The notes: generated from the sequence alone by a model not told the origin. DNA of 64,000 nucleotides from Amoebidium appalachense (GCA_963693365.1 CAVNZM010000005.1:12361728-12425727); one strand, 5' to 3'. Counted from the first letter of the stretch, positions 1 through 43,602 are shown. Numbers and translations: made by a program.

Positions 1-82
1 ATTTTAAAATGACCACAAACGCTGGTACTTCCTCTGTATGGATTTTTAATTTTATCCCCGGATTGCGTCCCCGGTTAGCTTC

Positions 83-1534
83 ATGTTTTGGTACTACCAA
101 CTACCGACCACAAACTGGTGGGCATCCTGGCCTTTTTGACCCCTACCCAAAGCTCATTTTTCGTTTTTCTTGGTTTGATGCTTGACTTATGCCCGCGTGT
201 GTTGGTGTGCCTGTTTTTAAAAGACATACTTCTAAACCATGTCTCGTTTTGTTTATGGGTTTGTGTTAGTGTCTGGTGTCGATGTGATACCCTGCCAGCA
301 CAGCTGTTTGTGATGCTTTGACAGGTACTGCAAAAGAAGAAAAAGCATCCAAATTTCTTGGGATGAGCTTCATGCTGCTGCTGCTTGCAGGTGCCAAACA
401 GGACTAAAACAAAGATATATATACTCAACCTTTTCGTTTTTGAAAACGTTGGTGGAGGATAAGGAGGAGCGACGGAGACTCACAGCGCCGGTAGAGAAGG
501 GGGGGGGGTGGGGGGGGGTTGGTTTTTCCAGTTTTCCATTCATTTTCTTGTTTGCTCCCATGTTCTGCTTTTTTCCGATTCTAATGTCGTTTATTGTACA
601 GCAACCTGAGTACAAATCGACCGGTATCGATCTCAACGCGTTGACGGAGGACACTATTCTTCAGGTGCAGCAGTTTGTTCGCACCACACTCATCGAGTAC
701 AAGCAGATAAGGATTCTCATCACTGATTCTCCAAAGGATTTCAACTTACCGTACTATCTTGCGGTGAGTTTATCTTTTTCGTTATGACGAGCTCGATTAT
801 GAGTCATTCCACGTGTTTTTTTCGGCGTGGTGTATGTGATTGGTGTGTCTGAGTGTGTTGTTTGAATATGGGTCTGGTGGTACTTGTGCTGATATCTGAA
901 GCGGCCATGTGTGGACCATATTGCTGGGGCCTTTCATACCTATTAGTAGAGTGCCTTGCAACCTAAAAGTATTTTCAAATATTCTTTGGTCTTTAACGGA
1001 TTTTTAAAAAAACACGGCTTTACTCTCCCCCCCCCTCTCCCCCTCCCCCCCTTCTCTCTCCCCAACTGTTCACCTCATCGGCGGGGGACATGGGGGAGGG
1101 GGGTGAACGTGGGGGGGGATTTCGATAGTCTCCTAAGTGCCAAATTCACGTGACCCTAATCGTTACAAAGGCACAAAAACACGACACACCTTCGCTCTTT
1201 ACCTTCCTTCCTCCCCCTCTCCCTTCCCCCCACCCCCCCGGCCCGCCATCTTCCTTTCCCCAATAGCTGCCTCTGCCCTCCCCCCCCCCCCCCCCCCCCT
1301 CCCTGCACGCATACTCTTTATGTATGGCTTGCATTCTGCATCGTGTTATCCGTTTGTTCTTGTGTACTTCGTACTTTTTGACGCATTCAAAACCCCCCCT
1401 GCGCGCATCCGCCTTATGCACACACCTGCGTGGACATATTCCATGCACACATCATCCGGTCGGCGTTTTGATTGTACACACAGACACATGCACTTGCGCC
1501 TGATTAAGAGGCTCTAGGCCGATAAGAAGTAGAA

Positions 1535-1566
<32 letters not shown>

Positions 1567-1843
1567 ACCCCCGCGGCCATCCCTTCTTTCTCCCTTCTTC
1601 TCCGATATTGCTTCCCCTCCCCTCTTCCCCTACCCATCTCATCAATTTCTCTTTCACAGCCACAACACACTTTGCTACCACTCCGTTTATTAAGTGGTAT
1701 TGGCAGATTCAGGACCAATATTGACCTTTTTGTTAGCGGTATGTGATGGCAATGCAAGATGTTGATGTAAGGTTTCTCCCCACAGACGTATGAGCGATAT
1801 GGAGTTACGGATGTGGTGAGAACGTGTGACGCAGGTAGGCTTC

Positions 1844-1885
<42 letters not shown>

Positions 1886-2149
1886 GAGGGTTATCTTCCC
1901 TGACCCCTGATTGAGCTGGTCGGCTGATCTTTCTACACTATCTTGTCTTTTCTTTACCCCCGCCCCTCCCCCCCCCCCCCCCCCCCCCTCCCCCCGGTCG
2001 GAAAAGTTCCTGACCAATGATTCTGCATCATTAAGGGAACGTCGTTCCTTACCCCCCCCCCCCCCCCCCCCCCCCCCCGGCCCCAAATAAACAAATAAAT
2101 AAATAAAAGAAAAAAAATAAAAAAAAAAATAACCAAAACAAAACGCGCG

Positions 2150-2207
<58 letters not shown>

Positions 2208-3775
2208 GACACAGACACAGACACACACACACACACACACACACACATCTACATAACCCCAACCCTACCACCCAACCAGCTACTACCGCCCCCCCCTCCC
2301 CCCCCCCCCCCCCCCCCCCCCCACACACACACAGACAGCCCCCAGCCCACCAGCCCACCACCCACCCCACATCGTCACACACACACCATCAGCATTACCC
2401 GGGCAAATCCTCACTTATTTGGGGTGCTCTGGGCCAAATATCATAACCAGTGGCACCCCCCCCCCCCCCCCCCCCCCCCCCCGGCCCTTCCTTTTGCAAT
2501 TTCTATGTGTGTGCCTATACTAGGGCTATATGAATCTCTCAGGATTTCTATACGCCCAATACCAACCTGTTTAGCTCCACATATGCACCCAAGGCTATAA
2601 ACTGCAAACCCTGAAATCATCCCACATATCCCATTGAATCTGTATCCAGCATTTGGATATACCCGTTAACACTAATACCGTGTGTATGCAGAGTACCAAA
2701 CGGGGCCGTTAACGGAAGCAGGCATCAAGTTTTGGGTAAGTGACTGCAACCATTCCCCCCCCCCCCCCCCCCCCCTTTTTTTTTCCCCCGATTGACCCCC
2801 CCCCCCCCCCCCCCGGCCCCTCCCCTCCCCATCCCCCTCTCTCCCCCCCATCTCCCCTCTCCCACTGTTCCACAGTCTGAGGGCTTTGTAGATACCCGAC
2901 CTACACTCAAGCTTGTTCTCATTGTGTCTACATGTCTCTCTGCCTTGTGTTTTGCTCTTGTGGGCTGAATATCCTCAGTGTTCCTTGCCACCACTGATAG
3001 TGCATACATCCCCCCATACATCCCCCCCCCCCCCCCCCCCCCCCCTCCTGCCCTTTCCCTTTCCCCCCATGCCTCAGAGACACACACACTGTAAACCCAC
3101 TACAAAATTTAACAAAAAAGGGATGCTGAGGCAGGGGGGGATGCGGAGGCAAGGGGTGATGGGGGATTGGGGGAAAGGGGGGGGCGCCTGGGGAGAAAGA
3201 GGAGGGGGAGGGGGGGGGGGGGGGGGAGGGGGAGGGGGGAATGGGGGGGAATGGGGAGGCATACACGCGTGCACACACACATCGGCATGGATGTACGGAC
3301 AAGCACACACGTTGCATATGGCCGATTGCTGTATGATGCATTTCCACTCTCTTAACGATTGAAGATTGTCACGTGTTGTTTGGCGCTGGTTTAGGCCCAG
3401 CCTCGAATTGAATCAATTGTCTGCCTTAACATAATAACGGCGTTTGAAGGTCGACTGCTGTCCTCCCATCTATATCTTTAATGAGAGCTTGGTGGATGTA
3501 CGTAGCAAAAATTTCTCCATACCACAATCTTTACTAGTCTCTAAGTAAAGAGCGTGATTCTTCCCCCCCCCCCCCATCTTTTGATGATGGCCTTGGGTTT
3601 ATTAGGCTTTGTTCAAACATGCCCTCATCCTGTAGACTGACCAAGGCAACAGGATTGGAGGTTTGAGGATGGAGATGTGGCCTCAAATGACATCATCGAT
3701 GATTGGCTGGATCTGGTCAACGAGGTACGGGCCTGGGTTGATGGGTGCAGGCATGGGATAAAGGGGGAAATGTGG

Positions 3776-3851
<76 letters not shown>

Positions 3852-4140
3852 TGTGTGCTTGGGGAGGGGGGGGGGGAAGGCTGATGAAGGCTCTTTTCTT
3901 TTGTTTCCTTTTTCTTTCTTTTTTTCCTTTTTTTTTGGGGGGGGGGGGGGGGGAGGGAGGGGGGGAGGAGGTGGTGGTGGTGGTTGGCAGACGGGCAGCT
4001 GCAGGTGCCCGCGGGGCGCGGGGAGGGGGGGGGGAGGGAGGGGGGATGCAAGCAGATGAACATCTGTTTTTCATGAGTAATATTCCATTTTGTTGCCAAT
4101 CCGCCCCCCCTTCTCCTCCCCACCTTCCTGTGTGTGTGTA

Positions 4141-4236
<96 letters not shown>

Positions 4237-4253
4237 ACCTTGCGTGCAAAGAA

Positions 4254-4285
<32 letters not shown>

Positions 4286-4745
4286 CGGTACATGATGCAC
4301 AGGCGCACATGCAAACACACACAGGTACGCAAGCTTACGCGTGCATGCACACACGATGCATTCTCGCACACACACACACACCTTGCCTTATTCCTCTTTG
4401 CCCCTCCCCCCACCCCCCCCCCCCCCTCCCCCCCTCCCGTCTGCCCCTGCTGACTGTGTACCGGTGCAGGTGTACATGAAGCCCAAGCAAGGGGAGGACA
4501 AGCAGCGAATGATTGCCGTGCACTGCGCAGCAGGCTTGGGCAGGTGTGTACACTAATCCCCCCCCCTCCCTCCCCTCCCCCCCTCCCCCTGCCTCCCCGT
4601 TGAGACATGAATGGGTCGAAACTCGGGTACTGTGTTGATTTTAGCCCCTAGGATGGGCTCTACTTATTATGCGTACTCTTTGTGCTTTGCAATCTGAATT
4701 GTGTTGTCTGTCGTGAATGTTACTTCGTATTCTGTAACAAACACA

Positions 4746-4787
<42 letters not shown>

Positions 4788-5043
4788 GGGGTCCCTTCCC
4801 GGGGTTGGCCGTCGTGGATGTGTACTTCGTACCTTGTTCCACATTCTAACGCTCCCCCACCTTCTTCTTCTTCTTCTTCTTTTTTTTTCTTTCTCTTTTT
4901 TTTTCAGGGCGCCGTTCCTTGTTGCGTTGGCGCTGATCCAGGCCGGGATGGACAACTACGACTGTGTGAAGTACATCCGAGAGGTCAGAAGGGGGGCCAT
5001 CAACAAGCGCCAGCTAGACTACATCCTCAAGTTCAAGGTATAG

Positions 5044-5075
<32 letters not shown>

Positions 5076-5251
5076 ACACACACACATATATATATAGTCA
5101 ACTCCTATCTTTGCACCTTTATCCATGTAGTCCTCGCACGTCCCCCCCCCCCCCCCCCCCCCCCCCGGCGTGTATCTCTTTCTTGCTCTCTCTGTCCCCC
5201 CCCCCCCCCCCCCCCCCGGGCGTGTATCTCTTTCTTACTCTCTCTGTCCCG

Positions 5252-5291
<40 letters not shown>

Positions 5292-5455
5292 CCCCCCGCT
5301 GAAGCACACGCATTGACACGGCAGCACATACCCGGACACACGAATAGGAAAAGGCGAACCAAGCACACAGCCATAGACACGCAACGCGCGCGCGCACACC
5401 CACACCCACACCCACACCCACACCCACACAAGCGCACGCGCACGCGCACACCACA

Positions 5456-5533
<78 letters not shown>

Positions 5534-5555
5534 GCACGCGCACGCGCACACCACA

Positions 5556-5649
<94 letters not shown>

Positions 5650-5711
5650 ACTTCTCTCACCTGCAGCCAAGGAAGAAGTCCGTCTTCAAGCGCATGTTCA
5701 AACTGCTGTAA
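83..5711 (+). CDS. PTP4A: PRL/PTP4A-family protein tyrosine phosphatase (multi-exon; 5' end tentative)
   Basis: GT-AG exons 602-763, 1786-1834, 2692-2735, 3653-3724, 4470-4543, 4908-5037 and 5667-5711 join in frame. They give ...LIEYKQIRILITDSPKDFNLPYYLATYERYGVTDVVRTCDAEYQTGPLTEAGIKFWDWRFEDGDVASNDIIDDWLDLV...IAVHCAAGLGRAPFLVALALIQAGMDNYDCVKYIREVRRGAINKRQLDYILKFKPRKKSVFKRMFKLL*. This carries the PRL hallmarks VRxC, DWxFxDG, HCxAGLGRAP and RRGAIN. Upstream exons 83-90 and 325-490 are tentative. Confidence 0.9.
1309..1399 (+). mobile_element. 5'-truncated copy of the poly(C)-tailed repeat with a probable target-site duplication
   Basis: Matches 12254-12337 almost exactly. Flanked by CCCTGCACGCAT (1301-1312) and CCCTGCGCGCAT (1397-1408). 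Confidence 0.72.
4612..4784 (+). mobile_element. Diverged copy of the poly(C)-tailed repeat
   Basis: gggtcgaaactcgggtactgtg...aggatgggctctacttattatgcgtactcttt...ttacttcgta, followed by a long C-run. Confidence 0.6.
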
Positions 5712-6531
5712 TGTTCTGAAAAAAATACGCAAGAAATCCTGAAATCATCAAGATTAATTCACGAATGCGTGGACTGATCACAAGCGACAAATGTATGCAG
5801 GTTTGGTGGTCGGTGCTACTTGGTAGCAACAAGTGCTAGCAGCTTGAATGTATGATTGCGGTTTATGTTTACACTTAATGAATAGTACTAGTTTACTTGT
5901 ATTGTGTGGTGTTTTCTACAACTTTATTGTTGGTTAGTAGTCTGCAAACTGGCTTTTATTCTCAGAAGTATTTCATTGACAACGGTTTATCGTGTTGCTG
6001 TCTTTTTTGGCAGGGGGATTGAGATAGTAGGTTTTTATACTTCAGATTCTGCAACGAGGTTGGGCAGGACCCTTGTCAGCACATATGTAGACCAAACTAG
6101 GAAACCGGGTCCCCGGGCCCGGATTATGTAGAATTTTGATGCTGCACATGATATTGATATTGCGAATCAGGTCAGTACTGTGTGTGTGCGTGTGCCATAA
6201 TATCGTGGATCACATCGGGGAGATAAATATGATGGCTTGTGCGGATGGCATGCCGCACAGGGGTAGCGATTTGGAATTGTCGATATTAAAATTGGATGCA
6301 TTTCTGTTTTTTGCTTCTGTTGCATACATCTCCATTCATTAGTTTGGCATGCATATGCCTATTGTAGAAACCCGTATGATGATAAGCTTTCTCTACTATC
6401 TACTGATATTATTAAATAATAACAAACACCATAGTAATCGACGAGTGTGTATTTGGGGAATTGCAAGGTTGGACCGGTGGTGATGGTGGTGGTGGCCGTG
6501 CACGTGGTGGTGATGGTGTGTGCATGTGTGG

Positions 6532-6564
<33 letters not shown>

Positions 6565-6663
6565 CACGTGTGTGTACACGTTTGTGTGAGTGTGTGTGTG
6601 TGTACATGTGTGTTTGGGTGGGTGCACGTGGGTTATGGTGCACGTACGTGGTAGTGGTGGGGG

Positions 6664-6740
<77 letters not shown>

Positions 6741-6844
6741 GGGTGGGTGGGTCACCGTGGTGGTAGTGGTTGGGGAGCCGGGAGGCTGGGTGGCCGGGTG
6801 GGTGGTGGACGGTGGTGGTGGTGGGGGGGTGGGGGCTGGGGGCT

Positions 6845-6909
<65 letters not shown>
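6845..6909. repeat. Poly(G) run of ~65 nt, the longest homopolymer noticed
   Basis: Directly visible. The exact length may be affected by sequencing error. Confidence 0.9.
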
Positions 6910-6910
<1 letters not shown>

Positions 6911-7993
6911 GAGTTCGAATCTTCGCTCGGCAGTGGCCCACGTAGCCAGTACCGTAAGGTACCATACTGGCACCCATGAGCCATCATTGCGGCATGCGCC
7001 CTGCGCGCGCGGCTGCGCATATGCAGGCCGCCCTGCGCGCGCGGCTGCGCATGCATATGCAGGCCGCCGCATGCCGGTTTGAAACCGGCAAAGTTTTGGG
7101 GGATCGTTCACTGAGCAACATTGCACGCCGCGGAGTGTGCACTGCCTTGGTAATGTGCACGGTTTAGCGTTGACTGTATTATGTGCTTCCCAACGTTTGC
7201 AGAAATTTGGTTATACGGGCGCTATCTAAGTGCAATTTATATGCATGACCGATGTAGCTTTGCACAATCCGTAAAAACACGTCCGTAGCTATACTTTCCA
7301 GGTGCCGTGACTCAGTATCCGGCCGTGAAAGGGGTTGCTCCCCCTGTATGTACTCACCTCCAAATATAGGCATTAATCGTGACATTTGGTTGGATGGATA
7401 TTGTTGAATTTGACGGTGCACAGTCGACGTCGCACCCAACGCTGATTGGCTTACAGAGCATCACTATGATTCACAGATATCAACGTCGACAATGCGTGGC
7501 CGTGTGCATGCATCTGGACTGAACTTCTGAGGCCAGCCTCGGGGTACATTAAACGATAACACTATAATAACGTCTCTTATGACCAAATACTTCGTGTATG
7601 TTAAATGTGAGAAAAAAATTGATAAACACCCACTTTGACGTGCATACAAGTATCATTTTGTGAAACATCCGTTTCCACAAGTTGCAATCGCTCTCTACTA
7701 CATATGCACCACACCAGATCCTGAGTTTTGGGATTCCTATCTACAAAGTAACTTTTTCCGTCATTTGTTCAAGCATACCACACGAGCCGCCACAAAGAAA
7801 CACGTTAGAAAGCCGATTCACAACATTAGTTACCTTTCCATCCTTGGCTTGCTCGGTGTTCCAAACCTAAATCTACAGACCTAAAGGATCGATCTTGTTC
7901 AACACAGAGTGGTGCCCTTCGAATTCTTACGTATACGTCTCTCCGTGGTCAGTTGCACCTACAAAAAATAGGCCTCCATAACCAACCATCACC

Positions 7994-8245
7994 ATGACCA
8001 ACACTGTTGAGTCCCCCTCGCAAGAAAACCTCGTTCTTCGCCGGCGTCGAAGCGGCAAAGCCTACGAAATGTCATATCTTCCAGCCCGCCAGCATGCCGA
8101 ACGCGATGTCAACATTGCGATGGGTGTCTTGGCATTTGCTGTGTTTACCTTTGCAGGGGTAATGTGCCTCGTTATTTATGACTATCTGGCAGACACACCC
8201 CCCGGTCAGGGGTTTTTCCATGGATTTGTGTATGGGGCTATGTGA
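7994..8245 (+). CDS. Small intronless single-pass membrane protein (83 aa), unknown function
   Basis: ATG in good context (catcaccATGa) in repeat-free sequence. A basic stretch (RRRRSGK) precedes a hydrophobic segment (IAMGVLAFAVFTFAGVMCLVIY). No family recognised. Confidence 0.5.
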   Translation: MTNTVESPSQENLVLRRRRSGKAYEMSYLPARQHAERDVNIAMGVLAFAVFTFAGVMCLVIYDYLADTPPGQGFFHGFVYGAM

Positions 8246-9826
8246 GAGAAATGGTGCTTGTTACTCACATGACCTTGCGCATGCCAAAGCGCAAACTTAC
8301 GTTTTTTCGGTAATCGTCAGATGCATTTCTGAAACTTCGAGTTTTTCACCGCAACTTGCAGTGTTCCATGAGAAGGGTTTTTGAAATTTGTGAAAAATGG
8401 CAAGAGAGGCTTTTAGATGAACGGTTTCCAATGTTGTATTCTATACTAGACTCTAGTTTGGTCAGACTTGCTTATAAACGTATGCGTGTAACCGTTAGTA
8501 TCAAGACTTCTGAATGACAGTCACAATTATAAATGAACGTTCGGAATAAGTCGATTCTAGCAGTAAATACTTCATTGCCGTGTCGAAGAGTTTTAGCCAT
8601 ATGTAAATATATATTCCGTGTTCAAGATTTGCCACCAGCAATAAAACTTCCCATTTCACGGTGATACTTCTGCCTCCAGCAGTGCAGAAGCAGAACGGAC
8701 AGGCTCTTCATTCCTTACTAACAGGATATTGAGTTATTGTACGAGCGGGCAAGCATTCGGTGTTTTATGAGCGGAAGTACTGCTGCATAATCAAGAGAGA
8801 CTGTGCTTGAAACTGGCCCAACCATCACCAAATTATAACTTCGATCATTTGGCCCTGGGCGATGATGTGCAATTTTAGGTGTAGGCTACATAGCCACAGA
8901 GAAGAAACAGGAGAGCATGCACACACAAACGTTGCGACACTGGTACACTGGCACAAAGCACACATACGCACGTGTGCAGGACACGTACGCTAACCGTTGA
9001 ACAACACCAGTACATACCAGGCGCAGATCTGAAGCTTCGAACAAGTGAGCAGCAACCACACGTGATGATGTCCGAGGGTGTGTGACCGTCGCGTGTACGC
9101 TTTATGTTGCATTATTACGGAATCAAACGCGCGTGGTTTATACCTGCGTTGTGCACATATCATCTCTGCGAGACTTCGAGTACACTGTGCCTCCGGGACT
9201 ACAAAACAAAACATAACAACTGCATGCATGTGTGGTACATGTCGCATACGGCGAAAGCTTGCAAAACAGTTGTTCATTTCGCATTCGAATCATAATTCAT
9301 TTGCATCGCTTTTTAGAATCCGATCTAAACCAATCAGATATAGTTCTGGCACAATGGCTTTTCGCTTTACCAATCCGTGCATTTTGCTTATTTCTACAGA
9401 GCGAAGCAAGGCTTTCCTGTTGGAACTGGCAGTCGGACTCCACCGTCCACGCCGGCGAGGCTCACGTGTGCACACGACTTATAATTAGAAACACAAAACT
9501 TGTCTTCGTGTTTGTGCCGGACGGTGTTGCTATACCGCATATCCCATACAATCAGAAGGCTCGTACAACTTGAAGAACAAGTTCTTTTACAGCTTCTTAC
9601 TCACCCACACTCAACCCCTGTAGCCAACATAAATTACACCCGATACACATGCAGAAAAGAACCCCTTTGCCTTTGAAGACAACCTACACAATACTTAGCC
9701 CTCCACCTTGTCTCACAGTTTTCCCTTTCCCACGTAGCTAGTTTAGGTGAATCCCGTGAATGGAAAACACGGGGTTTCTGTAACAACACATAGAAACTTC
9801 GGTCTTTTTCCCGTTTTTGTCCGAAA

Positions 9827-24562
<14,736 letters not shown>

Positions 24563-25247
24563 ACTAATTATTCTCTTTTTTCCCCGTTTTTTTTTTTTTT
24601 TTTTTTTGGTTTTTTTTAACAGTTTGTAACACTGTAGGTGTAGATATCATTAACGAACTAAATCTCCCGCAGTGGGAGTTACCAAGTGCATTTTGACGGT
24701 AACTGAAAATCACCATGTTTTGTTGCACAATTCGGAAGGGGTTCGATCTTTTCTGCATGTTGAAACATTGTAGGCGCAGTGCGGATGTTTCGGGAGAGTT
24801 TTAGGCGCTCCACGAACAATGTTTTATAGAACTTGACACATTGAAACACGTACATTTAATTGTATGTAATAATGATTGCGGCGCAAGAATCACACACGCA
24901 CGGCCACCTTGTTGATGCATATGTGTAATGAAGTTAGCACAGGAAATTTATCCCAGTTGATCAGTCACGTTACCACATCAGGTTGGAAATAAAAAGAGTA
25001 TTTATGTTGTTCAATCCGATTTCAGGCTTTGGTTACTCTCACCTGCGGGTGTACGGTAACATGGGTTCGTGCTGTAGGAACTTTGTGAGGTTTTGGGTTA
25101 GGGTTAAGCTCACACACAGCCATTGATGCTTCTGGCGTGTACGCACACCAATTACGTGTGCATGCACACACAAACAAATGTACAGCGGCTGCAGTGCAAT
25201 GCATACTATAAAAGCTTGCCTGCAGGGGTACATTTGCACACACACGT

Positions 25248-25299
<52 letters not shown>

Positions 25300-25304
<5 letters not shown>

Positions 25305-25380
25305 CAATGTCATAAACACCCAATGTCATACACACACGCACACACAGATGTACACACACACCGCGACATACACATACACG

Positions 25381-25425
<45 letters not shown>

Positions 25426-25497
25426 GTCATAAGCACCCAATGTCATACACACACGCACACACAGATGTACACACACACCGCGACATACACATACACG

Positions 25498-25545
<48 letters not shown>
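25300..25545. repeat. Tandem duplication of a ~117-bp CA-rich unit
   Basis: acaatgtcataa(a/g)cacccaatgtcatacacacacgcacacacagatgtacacacacaccgcgacatacacatacacgtcac occurs twice. Confidence 0.85.
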
Positions 25546-25559
<14 letters not shown>

Positions 25560-25570
25560 GCGCGTGCGTA

Positions 25571-25622
<52 letters not shown>

Positions 25623-25839
25623 CACACACACACAGAGTTGCACACAGGTCGCTGAATGTGTTTTATTTGCAGACACACAAAGACCGTGCATGATCCTCCC
25701 CCCCCCCCCCTTGCAGCGCAGTATGCACACAATGTGTGCATAGTCACTGATGATCGCCTCAGTGACACTGCACGTGTTCAACTTGGGATCCGGATAGCTA
25801 GTAGCACGTATAGTCGTAGACATTAATACCAGTGCTCGT

Positions 25840-27576
25840 GATAATTGACGTCACGTCATGTCCGCTCACGAGGCCACCTCTCACGCTAGAGTCCTTGACC
25901 CCATGTCACTATTTTTCCCAAGATAAACTGACGAATATCCTACACTCGAATGCAAAACTCTCAATCTGTCGCACATGCACGTACGAGTATTATATAGTTA
26001 CCTATTGATATATATGAATGTATGTATTTGTGGTGCTGTATTATTTCTAAAAATTAAGACATATATCAGATTTCTTCTGTAAACAATATTCCTACTTTTT
26101 TTATTGTTTTATAAAAACTTTAATTGGCGAAAATTCGCTCAGAAATTTTGCTAAGCCAGCCAATTGCAATATCCCCCAGATTCCTCATCATGTACAAACC
26201 GTACATTTAAATTCTCAAAGACGTTCGGAAAGCAGCAAATAGGTAGGCTTCTTGTGCACCCTTGATGAAAAAGAAAACCACGTGAGCTGGAGAGTCAAAA
26301 CCACTACTACATAATGATTTTATTGTGTAATGTTTTTTCGCGATTTGTACACGACGCGATGTGACGATCGATCGAATTGTGAATTCCCGTTAAGTTAACT
26401 TTCGAATCTCCAAAGAATTATTCCTATTGGCTGCGAAGTCAACTCGGTCTCCTATTGGCTAATACAGCCAGATAGAACGATCTGTTTAGATTTGATTGTG
26501 ATTGGCGCTTGATAAGGTCCGTTTGATGTCGCAATTCATTTTAGTGAAAGGTCAATCTCCAAACAAATACAGTGAGGCATAATGCATTAATGCTTAATCA
26601 GAGCCTAATTTTAATTTAATTTAGTATAAAAACGTTTCGTGTTATTAGCTGTACAAATAATGAGCAGTGTGATTACGTAATATACTATGAGAGCTACCCC
26701 GGCCCTGTGGAAACACCAGTCATCGTCGCTTTTGATTGGTTTAATATCATACTTTGTAGTTATGAGTGGCTCTCCAGCCAATCAAGCCCGTGGCTCGTGA
26801 GCTACGCCCTCCCAAGTGGCCCAAGAGTCTTCGGTGAACCCCAGGGGGGGGATTACGAAAAAAAATCGTCGTTATTACGATTAACGAAAGACCCCGATAC
26901 GAATAAGGTTAGGGTGCCGTCGTAACATCTTTCGTATCAGATGTATAGCATTATAAACGCTTTAAGGCCCCTTATTATCTAACTGTACCTAATTTTTTCA
27001 ATATTTCTGTTCAAGAACATATCTACAGGGCTTCTCATGAGCAATATCGAACCCCGACAAGTGTCCAGGGCTTGTAATTTTGAGATACTTAATTTGTGAA
27101 AACGCGTATTTTGAGTTTTGTGACTTGAGGGGCGTTTTTAGCTGGGCTTGCAGATCCCCAAGAACCCCCCGTTGCGATTAAGAAACTGCCCGTTACGATT
27201 GGCCAAAGGACAATACGGTTAAGCTGGCCAACCCCAGCCCAACCCTGGTGAACCCGAGCTTTATAAAGTTTAGACTCGAAGCAAGTTCGAGAAGTCTGTT
27301 ATGTTTTTTTTTCCGACTACCTTTTCAAAGTATGTTTAACTTTGGCCACGGGTGACCTGAGCCAAATATTTTGGTGGGTTGAGTTCTTCCCTGAATAAAG
27401 AGGAACACGAGAGGCACGAAATGTGAGATAATATAAGCTCAAACACACACGCAAACCTGCTCTAGTCCGGTCTGGCACAAAAACTGAACTTGTGTCACGG
27501 TCACGCCACTGCACAGCGCATTTATTGTAAGGGTGGTACTTCTACCTCCAGAAAATAAAGAAAGAAGAATACTACT
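25840..27576 (+). promoter_or_regulatory. Putative ABCB1 promoter with a CCAAT-box cluster and a CRE-like site
   Basis: Repeat-free AT-rich region. TGACGTCA at ~25846. ATTGG/CCAAT at ~26124, 26160, 26425, 26453, 26501, 26734, 26778 and 27198. TCCTATTGGCT occurs twice. Confidence 0.5.
26842..27247. mobile_element. Non-autonomous hAT-type DNA transposon (MITE), 406 bp
   Basis: Exact 8-bp direct repeat GTGAACCC at 26834-26841 and 27248-27255 flanks termini CAGGG...CCCTG (8 of 10 terminal bases match as an inverted repeat). Subterminal TTACGA motifs occur near both ends. CAGGG ends with 8-bp TSDs are typical of hAT elements. Confidence 0.8.
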
Positions 27577-43096
<15,520 letters not shown>

Positions 43097-43261
43097 TATA
43101 CTACGTCACGCTCGGTGAGGCGTGCATATTGCAAATCGTGTGTACAGGTCCTGCTCATTGACTTAGATTTGAGTAACTTAGTTTCAGTGCATTAATTTAA
43201 AACCTTGATGATAATAATTATGAACCGAAGGTGTTTAGAACACTTTCAAGTTTTAGCAACT

Positions 43262-43345
43262 TGACAATGTAGTTCAACGGTTTTACATGATTAGTTAGGG
43301 CTGGCTAGTAGTTTGCCAACCGGAGCGTTCGAATCCTGGCCGCCT
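43262..43345 (+). pseudogene. tRNA-derived relic or Pol III promoter (A and B boxes), possibly a SINE head
   Basis: TAGTTCAACGG (43270-43280) fits the A-box TRGYNNARYGG and GTTCGAATCC (43327-43336) fits the B-box. The T-stem and acceptor stem do not pair. Confidence 0.3.
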
Positions 43346-43529
43346 GATCATGAGTCAGTAAAGCCTCATGATCCGCTAAATCATACGGTTACTGCCCCTC
43401 CCGGGTGTAGTAGTCGGAGGTTCAAGTAAGTTATTATACACCTTGTCCACGGCCCGTGAAACTTTAGGAATTGTACATGTAATTACATAGTAACTGTTAC
43501 AAATTCAAGTGTGTGTGTATATATATATA

Positions 43530-43602
<73 letters not shown>

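Noticed and set aside
3581-3640. Box C/D snoRNA (TGATGA...CTGA)
   Set aside because: The CTGA is the intron branch-point region, and there is no terminal stem or recognisable guide.
43262-43345. Functional tRNA gene
   Set aside because: The A and B boxes are present but no cloverleaf can be drawn. Retained only as a relic.
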